Source: Octopus bimaculoides
Taxonomy: Eukaryota
Length of the DNA: 58,395 nt
Reading direction: 5' to 3'
NCBI RefSeq assembly: GCF_001194135.2
Contig: NC_068982.1
Location: forward strand, 87,503,414-87,561,808
Shown here: positions 1-12,507 of the stretch, in pieces
Layout of the letters: each line of letters begins with the position of its first letter
How positions within the stretch are numbered: the first letter of the stretch is position 1
Position numbers and translations under genes: made by a program
The notes under the pieces: model-generated
Database searches by the model: none
Seen by the model: the letters and a program-made list of their open reading frames with translations, nothing else
What the model was told of the DNA's origin: nothing

Positions 1-44
1 ATATATAAGTTCAAAAAAACAAAAAACAATAACAAAAAAACAAC

Positions 45-1396
45 AAAGTGAGGATGTGATACGGATAGTGTTATTGGACGCTCGGGAAAGGAAGGAGAGA
101 AAGAGGTGCAGCAATATCAAAGGAAGGCTAACTAGCAAGATAGTTTTTGTATGTGGCAGATGCTCAGGAGCAATAAACACTGAAAATGTGCAGAAAACAA
201 CCTTTGCCACATTCCAGGGAGAAAAACTAAAAGTAGTTGATACCGCTATCTAGGTGACCAAGTTAGTAGCGGGGGAGCGTGCACTGAAAGTGTAGCTGCT
301 AGAATAAGAATAGCCTGGGCAAAGTTCAGAGAGCTCTTACCTCTGCTGGTGACAAAGGGCCTCTCACTCAGAGTAAAAGGCAGACCGTATGACGCATGTA
401 TACGAACTGCCATGCTTCATGGTAGTGAAACATGGGCCGTGACTGCTGAGGACATGCGTAAGCTCTCAAAAAACGAAGCCAGTATGCGCCAATGGATGTG
501 TAATGTCAGTGTGCATACTCGACAGAGTGTAAGTACCTTGAGAGAAAAGTTGAACCAAAGAAGCATCACTTGTGGTGTGCAAGAGAGACAATTGTGCTGG
601 TATGGACATGTGGCAAGAATGGATGAGGATAGGTGTGTGAAAAAGTGCTACACCCTAGCAGTTGAGGGAATCTGTGGAAGAGGTAGACTCAGGAAGACCT
701 AGGATGAGGTGGTGAAGCACGACCTTCGAACTTTAGGCCTCACCGAGGCAATGGCTAGTAACTGGGACCTTTAGAAATATGCAGTACGTGAGAAGACCCG
801 GCAAGCCAAGTGAGAGCATAATCTGTGACCTCTTCCAGAAGTGTAGCCAGCTCACTTATTCGTATCTTTACTTCATTGGACACTAAACTCTACTTGCGAA
901 GACCTGTTGGGGCAAGTGAAATCGTAATCATAATTGAACCATATTCGATGACCAGAACTGGTGCCAGTGGAACACTAACAGCACCGTCCGAGCGTGATCA
1001 TTGCCAGAGCAGCTGTCTGGCTTTCGTGCTAGAGGTATGTAAATAGTACCATATGAGCATGATTGTTACCAGTGTTGCCTTACTGGGATGTTAGAAAATC
1101 ATTCGAGCGGGGTCGTTGCCAGTGCTGCTGGACTAACTCCTGTGCAGGTGGCATGTAAAAAACACCACTTTGAGTGTGGCCGTTGCTAGTACCGCGAGAT
1201 TGGCCCTTGTGCCGGTGGCACATAAAAGCACTCTCTACACTCTCAGAGTGGTTGGCGTTAGGAAGGGCATCCAGCTGTAGAAACTCTGCCAGATCAGATT
1301 GGAGCCTGGTGCAGCCATCCGGTTCACCAGTATACAGTCAAATCGTCCAACCCATGCTAGCATGGAAAGCGGACAGTAAACGATGATGATGATGAT
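45..1396 (+). mobile_element. 3' part of an RTE-clade (RTE-X-like) LINE: decayed ORF2 C-terminus, 3' UTR and (GAT)n tail
   Basis: Translation across frameshifts gives CSNIKGRL..FVCGRC..YLGDQ..ARIRIAWAKFRELLPLL..LHGSETW..WYGHVARM..GRGRLRKT, typical of RTE ORF2 ends. Stops are present. Ends in a GAT repeat at 1382-1396. Confidence 0.85.
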
Positions 1397-2164
1397 ATAT
1401 GTATATATATAGGTATATATATGTATATGTGTATATATATATATGTATATATGCATTTACATATGTATATATATACATATAAATTTGACATGGGGGATTC
1501 TTTCTTGTCCTGGGATTCACGGTCAAACGGCTGGGTGGAATTGCGTGAAAAATTACACAGATGTGTAGAATGATCCAGTGGTGATGCTGGGCTTTGTATT
1601 TTTTCATAGTTCCCATGGTTACCAAGATAATCTACTATAATAATACTCTTGTGTTTATGAATGAGAAAGGAAGGGGTGATAGATGAATAAGGAAGGAAGG
1701 GGTGATGTCATACATGGTAGTAAAATGATGAAAATTATATGCTGAAAAAAATAAATCAAACAGCGTTTCATCTCTGTGTGAATATATGTGTATGTATGTA
1801 AAAGGGGGTATGTGAATGTGTGTGTGTGTGCATGTGTGTTTGAGTGTGTGTGTACGCGTGCAATGGAAGCGGGATGGTTCATCTTTGTTTGCTTAGTATT
1901 TGGGTTTATTTTTTGATTTGGTTGAATCTTGTTTTTGTTTTGGTGGGTCAGTTATTTTTAGCATCTTGACAGAAAAAGTCATTCTAAAATTGTTTTTTAA
2001 CACACATATGCCCAAACAAGTCGAATGCTTACACAGAGCAGGTTTTACAGCCACATCATCCAAACTGACCGCGTGAGACCAGGCTTAGCTGCTAGTATAT
2101 ATATATATGTATATGTATATATTCACATATAAATATATAAATACATATATATATTTACATATAG

Positions 2165-2222
<58 letters not shown>

Positions 2223-2479
2223 NNNNNNNNNNNNNNNNNNNNNNNNNNNNNNNNNNNNNNNNNNNNNNNNNNNNNNNNNNNNNNNNNNNNNNNNNNNNNN
2301 NNNNNNNNNNNNNNNNNNNNNNNNNNNNNNNNNNNNNNNNNNNNNNNNNNNNNNNNNNNNNNNNNNNNNNNNNNNNNNNNNNNNNNNNNNNNNNNNNNNN
2401 NNNNNNNNNNNNNNNNNNNNNNNNNNNNNNNNNNNNNNNNNNNNNNNNNNNNNNNNNNNNNNNNNNNNNNNNNNNNNNN

Positions 2480-2533
<54 letters not shown>

Positions 2534-2604
2534 TGAATATATACATATACATATATATATACATGCATACACACACACACACACATATATATATGTATAT
2601 ATAA

Positions 2605-3300
2605 AGAAGAAAACAAAAAGTGGAACAAGAACATAACAGGCGACAACAAAACATCTGGACAGTCAGACGATACAAAAAAGGATAGGAAAGAACATGGACG
2701 GGTCATTCAGAGTTTTCTTTCCTCAGTTGAGATCCAGATTTTCTCATCAGTTTTCACCGGTTACACTCAAGACTGCTCCAATCTGGCTGGCCCCAAGAAA
2801 ATCTAAACTAAGAGTACTAGATTCCTTGGAAGAAAGCAAGCAATTGTATATGAAAACAAAGACGAAAATAGAAAATGGAGAAATTGTACACAATTACAAA
2901 TACAAACAACAGGAAAATAACAACAGGTGTCTTTCGACTGAGGACAAATCAAATTGAGCAGACGAGTGTGGAAGTGAAGCCTTACAGCAGGGATATAAAA
3001 GATGAAAGTCATATAAATGTCACATGGATGGTAGTCGAACCAAGAAAGAAAGTCAGGCTTAGAGGAACACGGGTCATGTGGAAGGAGAGGACATAGGTAG
3101 GCGCAGAGGAATAGAAGAATAAGGGTGGGACAAGAAGGAAAGAAAAAAGAAAAGGGATAGAGTGAGGTAAAAGAGGAGCAAAGGTAAGAATGAAGGGAAG
3201 GCTAAGAAATGTGATAGAGGGGGTGCGAGAAAGAGGAGTGGAAAGAACAAAGTAAGTGTCAAGGGCTGAAAGAAAGAGTAAGAGAGTCGTACAGAATTTA
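2605..3300. repeat. Unclassified interspersed repeat
   Basis: Higher-complexity block bounded by microsatellites, with an internal inverted pair tcctcagttga (~2720) / tcgactgagga (~2934). No convincing ORF. Confidence 0.35.
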
Positions 3301-3314
3301 TATACACATATATA

Positions 3315-3545
3315 TCATCATCATCATCATCATCGTTTAACGTCCGCTTTCCATGCTAGCATGGGTTGGACGATTTGACCGAGGACTGGTGAAACCGGAT
3401 GGCAACACCAGGCTCCAGTCTGATTTGGCAGAGTTTCTACAGCTGGATGCCCTTCCTAACGCCAACCACTCAGAGAGTGTAGTGGGTGCTTTTACGTGTC
3501 ACCCGCACGAAAACGGCCACGCTCGAAATGGTGTCTTTTATGTGC
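3315..3545 (-). mobile_element. RTE LINE 3'-tail copy (5' end in gap)
   Basis: Reverse complement matches 1235-1396 and 33743-33983, with a (CAT)n tail. Confidence 0.85.
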
Positions 3546-4789
3546 CNNNNNNNNNNNNNNNNNNNNNNNNNNNNNNNNNNNNNNNNNNNNNNNNNNNNNN
3601 NNNNNNNNNNNNNNNNNNNNNNNNNNNNNNNNNNNNNNNNNNNNNNNNNNNNNNNNNNNNNNNNNNNNNNNNNNNNNNNNNNNNNNNNNNNNNNNNNNNN
3701 NNNNNNNNNNNNNNNNNNNNNNNNNNNNNNNNNNNNNNNNNNNNNNNNNNNNNNNNNNNNNNNNNNNNNNNNNNNNNNNNNNNNNNNNNNNNNNNNNNNN
3801 NNNNNNNNNNNNNNNNNNNNNNNNNNNNNNNNNNNNNNNNNNNNNNNNNNNNNNNNNNNNNNNNNNNNNNNNNNNNNNNNNNNNNNNNNNNNNNNNNNNN
3901 NNNNNNNNNNNNNNNNNNNNNNNNNNNNNNNNNNNNNNNNNNNNNNNNNNNNNNNNNNNNNNNNNNNNNNNNNNNNNNNNNNNNNNNNNNNNNNNNNNNN
4001 NNNNNNNNNNNNNNNNNNNNNNNNNNNNNNNNNNNNNNNNNNNNNNNNNNNNNNNNNNNNNNNNNNNNNNNNNNNNNNNNNNNNNNNNNNNNNNNNNNNN
4101 NNNNNNNNNNNNNNNNNNNNNNNNNNNNNNNNNNNNNNNNNNNNNNNNNNNNNNNNNNNNNNNNNNNNNNNNNNNNNNNNNNNNNNNNNNNNNNNNNNNN
4201 NNNNNNNNNNNNNNNNNNNNNNNNNNNNNNNNNNNNNNNNNNNNNNNNNNNNNNNNNNNNNNNNNNNNNNNNNNNNNNNNNNNNNNNNNNNNNNNNNNNN
4301 NNNNNNNNNNNNNNNNNNNNNNNNNNNNNNNNNNNNNNNNNNNNNNNNNNNNNNNNNNNNNNNACACACAAACCCCTCAGTGACCATATTTCTCTAAGAA
4401 CAGACATAAACTTCCTGTTGACAAAGAGTCCATAACTCCAACTAAAGAGTATAAAACCCACAGAATTGTCTTCCCTTACATACACTTCCTGTTTTGACAC
4501 CACACTTCCTGCTTAACACATAAACCTCTTTTCTTCTTTTTTTAAACCTAACACAACTTTCAATTCCATGCATCCTAATTTTTCCAACTATTATCTACAT
4601 GGATTACCATTGAACTTTAAAAGCTCAAAGACAATATAATGTATTGGTATATTTATTTTTTTATAGATTGTTTTTTTTATATATTATTTTTTACTTTTTT
4701 GTAAAAAACTGTGGACATATGTTTTACCAATTTTTAAATATTAAATATAAATTGTAGTTAGCTAAAAAACAAACAAACAAAATTTTTAC

Positions 4790-4949
4790 CTCCTTAAATT
4801 TCATGAAATTTGAAACAATTTTCATGTTACTGTAGACGGCTGATTGCTGAGTGAGAATCTCTGAGAGAATGTCTCCCAGTCCAGCAGAAATGATCAGAAC
4901 TGGAACATTCCATTTATCAAGGCTCTTAAATAATTCATCACATCCAATT
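4790..4949 (-). CDS. NT5C3: NT5C3-family coding exon (160 nt): (R)IGCDELFKSLDKWNVPVLIISAGLGDILSEILTQQSAVYSNMKIVSNFMKFKE
   Basis: AG at 4951-4950 and GT at 4789-4788. Phase 2 start matches the previous exon. Contains HAD motif II SAGLGD and VSNFM, aligning to FSAGIGD..VVSNFM of vertebrate cN-III. Confidence 0.95.
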
Positions 4950-5124
4950 CTAAAAGTGAGTAAGAAATGAAATTAAATGAACGTCATTAGTTAAAACTGA
5001 GAAAATATCATTGGGAAAATAGAAAAAGGGACATGATTGATTTTAGTGGAAGGTTAAAGAAATAATTAAATGGTTGATTTTAAAAGAGACTTAAGTTTAA
5101 AAAAAAAATTTTAATTATAAATAT

Positions 5125-5337
5125 TGCTTCCAAATTCTAGCACAAGGCCAGCAGTGTGGGGAAGGGGCTAAGTTGATTACATTGACCTCAGTGCTCAACT
5201 GGTACTTATTTTATCAATCTGAAAGGATGAAACGAAAAGTCAACCTCAACAGCATTTGAACTCAGAACATAAAGATGGATGAAATGCCACTAAGCATTTT
5301 GCTCAGTGTGCTAACAATTCTGCCAGATTGCCACCTT
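5125..5337 (-). mobile_element. tRNA-derived SINE family B copy
   Basis: Reverse complement matches + copies at 34857 and 35174 (ttctgagttcaaat B-box-like; tttcatcc...gataaaataagtaccag core). Confidence 0.8.
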
Positions 5338-5354
5338 ATCTAAATTATAAATAT

Positions 5355-5562
5355 TGGTTTCAAATTTTGACATAAGGCCAGAAAGTTTGGAGAAGGGGTT
5401 AAATCGATTACATTGACCCCAATGCTCAACTGGTACTTATTTTATCTGCCCTGAAAAGATGAAAGATAAAGTCAAACTCAGCGGCATTTGAACTCAGAAT
5501 GTAAAGACAGACAAAATACCATTAAGCATCTTGCCCAGCATGCTAAAGATTCTGTCAGCTTA
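5355..5562 (-). mobile_element. SINE family B copy, tandem to the previous one
   Basis: Same consensus as 5125-5337, diverged from it. Confidence 0.8.
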
Positions 5563-6150
5563 TTCAAATTATAAATATCAAAAATTAAAAAAGTAGGTTA
5601 ATGGAAGTAAGTACTCAAAACAATAAAAGTAAATAAAAAATGAAAAGAAAATAAACTTGAAAAATACAGTCAGTGATTTGAGCTTAAGAACAATAAAAAG
5701 CAGTACTGTAATTGATGACATATAAGAGGCAATTTTTTCCCTAAAATATCTCAGAAAATCACCCCAGGTCCTATATGTGAAGTTGGGTGTCCCATATGCT
5801 AACTTTATCCTTGATGCTCACTACTATAGGCTGAAGTAATCTACTTTGTTTTTTCTTGCATGTTTTATTCGTATAATCTTTCAGGATATTTTCACAAGTG
5901 AGATTTCTCGCTTTATATTTAGTTGTACAGCTAACTTACTATTTATATACTGTGTTGTTTTCTGCCATAGATTAGGTGCTAGATTGCTTTAGGTACTACA
6001 TGCTTTAATGCACTAAAATCTCTTTTCCTGAATATGCAATGCTGAAATTGGAATGCATCAAATATGTCTGTGTGTCTTTTGTGCCATCAAATACAATACT
6101 TGAAAAATATAGTATGTAATTTGAAATAAAAAAAACAGTAAAAAGTGGTA

Positions 6151-6366
6151 CAAAGGGGTGCTGAAAAGTTATTGGCTTTGGATAAAAGAAAATACAGAAG
6201 AATCGGTTAATTATGATTTTATTCAACATTTTTCCCTCTCAGATTCACACACTTATTACAGCAGTTCTTTAGTTTTTTTAAGCATTGTAAAAGAATTTGG
6301 AAGGTTGGGCCTCCAATAAGGCCTTCTGTGATACCCTTAAAGCTAGGAATTTTTCAGCATCCCTCA
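6151..6366. mobile_element. Tc1/mariner-type MITE
   Basis: TA | caaaggggtgctgaaaagtt ... aatttttcagcatccctca | TA. Imperfect TIRs with a TA duplication. Confidence 0.65.
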
Positions 6367-6384
6367 TAATTGTTAATACTTTAC

Positions 6385-6474
6385 CTTAATCTGACAGAAG
6401 ACTGAGCAACCATTTTATTAATCAGACTTTTAGAGATATTCAATGTACCCAGTAGTTCATGTACTTGAGTCCAC
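6385..6474 (-). CDS. NT5C3: NT5C3-family coding exon (90 nt): (W)WTQVHELLGTLNISKSLINKMVAQSSVRL(R)
   Basis: AG at 6476-6475 and GT at 6384-6383. Phase 2/2. Aligns to WYTKSHGLL..IVAESDVMLK of cN-IIIA. Confidence 0.95.
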
Positions 6475-7664
6475 CTAACAATATAAACAAACAGTATAAG
6501 TTAGAATGAAGTACATAGAAATCTATAGGAAAAGAAAAGAAAGTCAAATGAATATTGATTTCAGTAATATGGATGAAAAGTTAGACAAACAGCACAGTGT
6601 TTTGCTTCCTAACTAATGTAATGCTTAGTTCCACCATTTGACACCTTGGGCAATTGTTTTCTACTTTAGTTCTAAGAAGCTTTGTGAGTGAATTTAGGAG
6701 ACAGAAACCGAAAGAAGCTATTGTGTGTGCACATGTGAGTATGTGTGCGTGTGTATGTGTGTATGCATGCATGTGTGTACACGTGCTTATGTCTCCTTGT
6801 TTTGACATTGTGTAATAGTTGTAAACAAGAGTCCCCATTATACAAGCAGTGCAGTTTGTTTCCTATCTTCCATGAGAACATGTCTGACCATGGGGAAGTA
6901 TTAGCTTGTTTAGAAACAGGTATGGGTTGGTAACAGGAAGGGCATTTGCATGTAGAATAAAGACAAAAGTTTTCTGGATGAAGAGTCTGGGTATCATATT
7001 CATATGGTTTTTATAATGAAAAATGAAACTAAAAAGAGAAGACAATTATATTTACTTACCAACAACGTTAGTAACAAATTATTTCACTTGTCACAAAAAG
7101 AGCAAGCATGTGTGAGGTGCGGGGAAATATAATATAGTATGACAGAAATTATTGGCAAGGAAGGTAAAGAATAATCAGCAATTGTAGAGTTGGTTATGTT
7201 GTAAAGTAACAGAACCTGAAGAAATAGAGGTCTTTCGGCAAAAAGTAGTACAAATAATAAAAACAATGGAATAAATTTTATGCCATAAGGAAGAAGAAAG
7301 TGTGGTATTCTGGATGTTTGTTTTTCTTTCTATAAAGTGTGTGTGTGTGTGAGATAGAGAGAGAGAGAGAGAGTGGGGTAAAAAACGGAAGTGTTACTTC
7401 AGTTCAAAATTGCTAATGAGTTGCTGCTTAATTCTAGTCTAATCTTGACTGAGTGACGTATGATTGAAGGCATTTCCCCAATGTATCCTTTTCTAAGATA
7501 TGATAGGGATGTGATTTGAGGAGATCTAACTGCTCTTTGAAACATGTTGCTGAGGCTACTGTTGGCTATGAAATGTTAACTTGCATAATATGATGACACC
7601 AAGCTGGGACATGTTATGACTCATGTTTAGTCATCGGACATGTTATAACCCATGTTTAGTTACA

Positions 7665-7952
7665 ATGAGTATTCCAGTTGATCCAATCAACAGAACAACC
7701 TGTTCATGAAATTAATGTGCAAGTGACTGAGCACTCCACAGACACGTATCCTTAATGTAGTTCTCAAGGAAATTCAGCATGACACAGAGTGTGACAAGGC
7801 TGGCCCTTTGAATTACAGATACAACTCCCTTTTGCCAGCTCACAGGACTGGAGCAATGTGAAATAAATTGACTTGCTCATGGACACAATGACCAACAGGA
7901 ATCAAATTCATGATCTTATGATCATGAGCCAAATACCCTAACCACTAAGCTA
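7665..7952 (-). mobile_element. tRNA-derived SINE, diverged
   Basis: Reverse complement begins tagcttagtggttagg (A-box-like), then atttgattcc, then a tgtgtccatgagcaag..atttcacattgctccagtcc core like family C. Confidence 0.6.
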
Positions 7953-8020
7953 TATATATCTCTTATATATTAAAAGTAACAAAAATGCTTAACAATAAAG
8001 AATTCAAAAATCATTTTTAC

Positions 8021-8106
8021 CACTCTTCCATTTTTGGAGCTTTCTTCTCAGTTTCTATATGAGGATCAAACTCTATTGGAGCATATATATCCCTTAATTT
8101 TGCAGC
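8021..8106 (-). CDS. NT5C3: NT5C3-family coding exon (86 nt): AAKLRDIYAPIEFDPHIETEKKAPKMEE(W)
   Basis: AG at 8108-8107 after a pyrimidine tract and GT at 8020-8019. Phase 0/2. Aligns to YYAIEVDP..EKYPYMVEW. Confidence 0.95.
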
Positions 8107-9433
8107 CTAAAAAACAGAGGAAAGGTGTTAAAAAACACAAAGCAAAAACAAAAATGCAACATAGAATTGTATATATTATTAATTTTTAGCAAATAGATTT
8201 AGATTAAACAGTTCTATCTAATATTTAATATATATTCACTATGTACAAATCTTTTCCTCAATATACACACACACACTTGTATATATATATATATAGTTTC
8301 AGTTTGAATTACGGAAAAATATGGATAAGTACTATTTTTTTCTTTGCTAAAGATTTTCTACTATTTGAAAATAATATGTATTCTTGTTTTTTATATTATT
8401 AATTTGGTTCTTTAAAGATTATTTTTAATAGATAACTTATTTAACACTAAATTATTTAGAAGTTATAGTTTTATTTCAACATAATATTAGAACTTCGATT
8501 TGAATAGTGTTGATATATTTTCGATTGTTTTTGATTAATAATATTTGATTAATAATTAGTCTTTATTGTTTATAATATCGTTAAAGGTTTTTTTAATTAA
8601 AACTTTGTATATATATATAAAGTTTAATCTTTTATTCTTAATAATTTTTTTCTTTCCTAATTTTTTCATTCATATTNNNNNNNNNNNNNNNNNNNNNNNN
8701 NNNNNNNNNNNNNNNNNNNNNNNNNNNNNNNNNNNNNNNNNNNNNNNNNNNNNNNNNNNNNNNNNNNNNNNNNNNNNNNNNNNNNNNNNNNNNNNNNNNN
8801 NNNNNNNNNNNNNNNNNNNNNNNNNNNNNNNNNNNNNNNNNNNNNNNNNNNNNNNNNNNNNNNNNNNNNNNNNNNNNNNNNNNNNNNNNNNNNNNNNNNN
8901 NNNNNNNNNNNNNNNNNNNNNNNNNNNNNNNNNNNNNNNNNNNNNNNNNNNNNNNNNNNNNNNNNNNNNNNNNNNNNNNNNNNNNNNNNNNNNNNNNNNN
9001 NNNNNNNNNNNNNNNNNNNNNNNNNNNNNNNNNNNNNNNNNNNNNNNNNNNNNNNNNNNNNNNNNNNNNNNNNNNNNNNNNNNNNNNNNNNNNNNNNNNN
9101 NNNNNNNNNNNNNNNNNNNNNNNNNNNNNNNNNNNNNNNNNNNNNNNNNNNNNNNNNNNNNNNNNNNNNNNNNNNNNNNNNNNNNNNNNNNNNNNNNNNN
9201 NNNNNNNNNNNNNNNNNNNNNNNNNNNNNNNNNNNNNNNNNNNNNNNNNNNNNNNNNNNNNNNNNNNNNNNNNNNNNNNNNNNNNNNNNNNNNNNNNNNN
9301 NNNNNNNNNNNNNNNNNNNNNNNNNNNNNNNNNNNNNNNNNNNNNNNNNNNNNNNNNNNNNNNNNNNNNNNNNNNNNNNNNNNNNNNNNNNNNNNGAGTT
9401 TTTACCTGTAATTTTGGATTTTGTCCCTAATAT

Positions 9434-9476
<43 letters not shown>

Positions 9477-9480
<4 letters not shown>

Positions 9481-10743
9481 GCTGAGTAAAAAGTAAGCAA
9501 CGTTTTGAAGCATGAAATTCATCGCAATATATTCCAACAAAGTGGAAATTTTATTCATCAAAGTGAGTACCATGACAATCAACACATATTTGCCAACAAG
9601 GTACAAGTTTGTTTATTCCAGTAACATAAAAATCTGGAGTTTTGGAGTTGATGAACTCTTTGAATCACACTTTCAGCATCAGTTTGATTTTTGAACTCCT
9701 TCTCTTGCAGGAAACCATCAAAGTGCTTGAAAAAATGGTAGTCAGTAGGAGAAGGGTCTGGGAAATAAGCTGGCTGAGGAAGAACTTTGTAGACAAGTTC
9801 CCTCAACTTCTGGAGCATCATTAGTGAAACGTGTGGTCAAACATTGTCCTGAAGAATGACTGACCCTCTTCTGTTGACCAGTCTAGGACAGAGGAGTAGT
9901 AGTTTTTTGTTCATTTTGGCAATTTCATGGCAATATGTTTCTGCAGTAATGGTTTTTCTGGGTTTTAAGAAGTGGATAAGTCCAGCGGTACACCACCAAA
10001 CAATCACCATAACCTTTTTGAAGAGCGCAGGTTTAGGGGAGGTTTTTGGAGCTTTATTTTGGTCCAAACACTGAGAAGAACGTTTTTATTGTTGTACAGA
10101 ATCCACTTTTCATCACAAGTTACAATACGGTTGAGAAACGGATTGGTCTGGTTACAGGGAAGTGATGAGTAAATTTCATATCTGTGCATTTTTTGATTTT
10201 CATTCAAATTGTGTGATACCCATTTATCTAGCTTTTTTAATTTTTCAATCACATGCAAATGGTTGTAGACAGTTTTCTGGCTAACTTGAAGTTCTTTTGC
10301 CAGTTCTCAAGTGGTTTTATGTGGATTTTTCTCAATGATGGTCTTTACTTGACCTCATCAATGACGGATGGGCATCCACTATGCTCACGAACTTCAAGGC
10401 TCAAGTCTCCACTGCAAAATCGTTTAAACCATTTTCAAGCTGACCACTTACTGGTCATTTCCTCACCAAACGTTTTGTTGATATAGCAAGCAGTTTCAGC
10501 TGCTTTACGTCCTTTTTTGGAGTTGAATAGTAAAATTGTTCGAATATCGCGCTCTGACAGTTCCATTTCAGATGATTGTAACAACAGGGTAAAAAATATC
10601 GATGTTAATTCATTGATACATTTGGGCAATCTATGCCTGTATTATCAGACAATTTCAAAAAAGTGTTAACAAAAATTCAAAAATCTGCAAAAATCCGGTA
10701 CAAATTCTTCATGGTTCAAAATGTTACTTTTTACTCGACCTAA
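9477..10743 (-). mobile_element. Full-length decayed mariner transposon (DD34D transposase pseudogene)
   Basis: TIRs tcaggctgagtaaaaagtaa / ttactttttactcgacctaa flanked by TA; 1267 bp. Fragments RIVTCDEKWILYNN, KKVMVIVWW, ILQDNV*PH and SPTDYHFF, with 34 residues between the last two Asp. Stops and frameshifts present. Confidence 0.93.
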
Positions 10744-10779
10744 TATATATGTATGTGTGTGTGTGTGTATATGTATATA

Positions 10780-11050
10780 TCTATATGTATAAAGATGAGA
10801 ATGTATATCTGTGTGAATCCCTAAAATTTGAGAACTACACAACCAATTTCATTCAAATTTTACACATGCCTTACTTAGGGTCCATGTAGTGTTTTAGGCC
10901 CCCAAATTTTTTAGTTTCATGCCTAGTGCGAGCCCAGTGCAATATCACATCTCCACTATTGCAGTATTATGTGTCAAAAGTGAAACAATAACATCTCTCT
11001 ATTGTAATGTCAGAAATGTTCACTTTAATACTGAAACTATTATCTCACAT
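10780..11050 (+). mobile_element. Helitron 5' end segment
   Basis: A|TCTATATGTATAAAGATGAGAATG start. About 270 bp similar to the reverse complement of 45680-45956. Confidence 0.7.
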
Positions 11051-11092
11051 ATATGCAGACATACATACGTATATACATAATTACATATAATA

Positions 11093-11210
11093 CTAGCAGA
11101 GATACCCGGCGTTGCCCGTGTTACATGCAATGGAAGAATTAGACTTTTCTGTTATATTTTCTCTAATGAACTGGAATACCTATGATTCGAATTAGATGTA
11201 TATATATAGA
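11093..11210 (-). mobile_element. Short Helitron derivative (3' hairpin + CTAG; possible TC 5' end)
   Basis: Minus strand ends acgggcaacgccgggtatctctgCTAG|T. A TCTATATATA start is possible at 11210. Confidence 0.6.
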
Positions 11211-11325
11211 TGTACATGTAATATGTACACATATACATACACATATATACATGCATACATATATACACTCATACACACACATACACACACATATATACAC
11301 AGACACACACACAAACACATACATA

Positions 11326-11463
11326 GGTGCAGGTGTGGCTGTGTGGTAAGAAATTTGGTTCCAAAATACATGGTTCTGGGTTCAGTCCCACTGTGTGGTG
11401 ACTTGGCATGTGTCTTCTGCTATAGCCTCACACCAACCAAAGCCTTGTGAGTGGATCTTGTAG
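11326..11463 (+). mobile_element. SINE family A, 3'-truncated
   Basis: ggctgtgtggtaag head, ggttcagtccc B-box-like; matches 46659. Confidence 0.8.
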
Positions 11464-12299
11464 ATTTTTCTACTTCTCAGGAGGATTCTAAGACCCCCTA
11501 ATGGAAGCCTTAACTCCAAAATTTTAGTAATTTTTAATGATCCAAAACTAGGTCAAAAGTACTGAATGGATCTTTATGAAATTCAGTAATTATATTTATG
11601 TGGTGCATAAATTGTCAAGTAAATGAGAGGCATCCTTGCCTCCACTGATTCAGGTGCAAAGTGTTGAGTAAAGTTATTTCCTTGCAGACCTCCTTTGAGT
11701 CTTTTTATTATCACTGGGTCACACATAGTTCCAAGGTGGCAACATTGATTTCAAGGCATTCCCACATGAGTGACTGGTTATTCAAAGGCATTTATAGATT
11801 GTAAATTTATTCTTTCCAGTTACCTATCAGTATAGTGGTCAGTTGCAAACTCCAGAGGTGACACTTTCATTTCCCCTTAGCCCTCATGTCACACAGCTGT
11901 TAATGTTTATTTGAGTTGGGTCACACCCTTCCAATTGCTACAGATCCGTAATGCATCTTACGGCTATGCCTGTCACCTTTATGGTGAGGATTTCTACATT
12001 GGGGAGTAGTAACGACTAGGGTAGGGTAGCTGACTGCTTATTGTCATCATTCGTCTTTTGGTTTCCTGTAGCTTTGCTCTCTTTTACAAACCCAGTGAAC
12101 ATACATATATTTCCTATTTCAAAGAAATTCGAACAATAGATATAACACCCAAGTCAAAAAGATTGTCAACAATTCAACTTCTCTGGTTGACATTAAGGCA
12201 CTCACCCCCAATAGGGGCCTTAACTCCCACATTTTAGAGCTCCATGACATCTATTTTTCAGGAGCAAAATCCTTTTAACAGGTTCCATAAGACTGGAAT

Positions 12300-12507
12300 T
12301 TTGGAATCTGTGCATAAAGATCAGTAATAAGGGATATATGTGTCATGATTAGACTTTTTTTAGGGTGTGTAAAGAGGAAAAGAACCCTCATCTGCAATTT
12401 TGATAAAATTTGAATCATAAGTATTCCAGTACATTAGAGAAAATATAACAGAAAAGTTTAATTCTTCCATTGCATGTAACACAGGCAACACTGGGTATTT
12501 CTGCTAG
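12300..12507 (+). mobile_element. Helitron 3' end
   Basis: Ends acaggcaacactgggtatttctgCTAG|T (decayed hairpin). 12407-12508 is an inverted copy of 11092-11193. The left boundary is approximate. Confidence 0.65.

Noticed and set aside
2066-2096. Possible Helitron 3' end (gctgCTAG|T)
   Set aside because: The hairpin is poor and no matching 5' end was found.
2695-2950. CTGAGGA/CTGATGA motifs in an interspersed repeat
   Set aside because: I could not build the three helices around a complete core in any permutation.
2085-4503. Long ORFs in the track spanning N-runs (also at 8566, 33196, 44237 and 55113)
   Set aside because: They are open only because Ns and TA/CA microsatellites lack stops.
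7084-7266. Minus-strand ORF with a tttcttcAG acceptor-like site between NT5C3 exons
   Set aside because: No cN-III similarity and no convincing donor; the flanking exons already join in frame.
8290-8677. Extremely AT-rich block as a possible mitochondrial insertion
   Set aside because: No recognisable mitochondrial gene or tRNA could be read from it.
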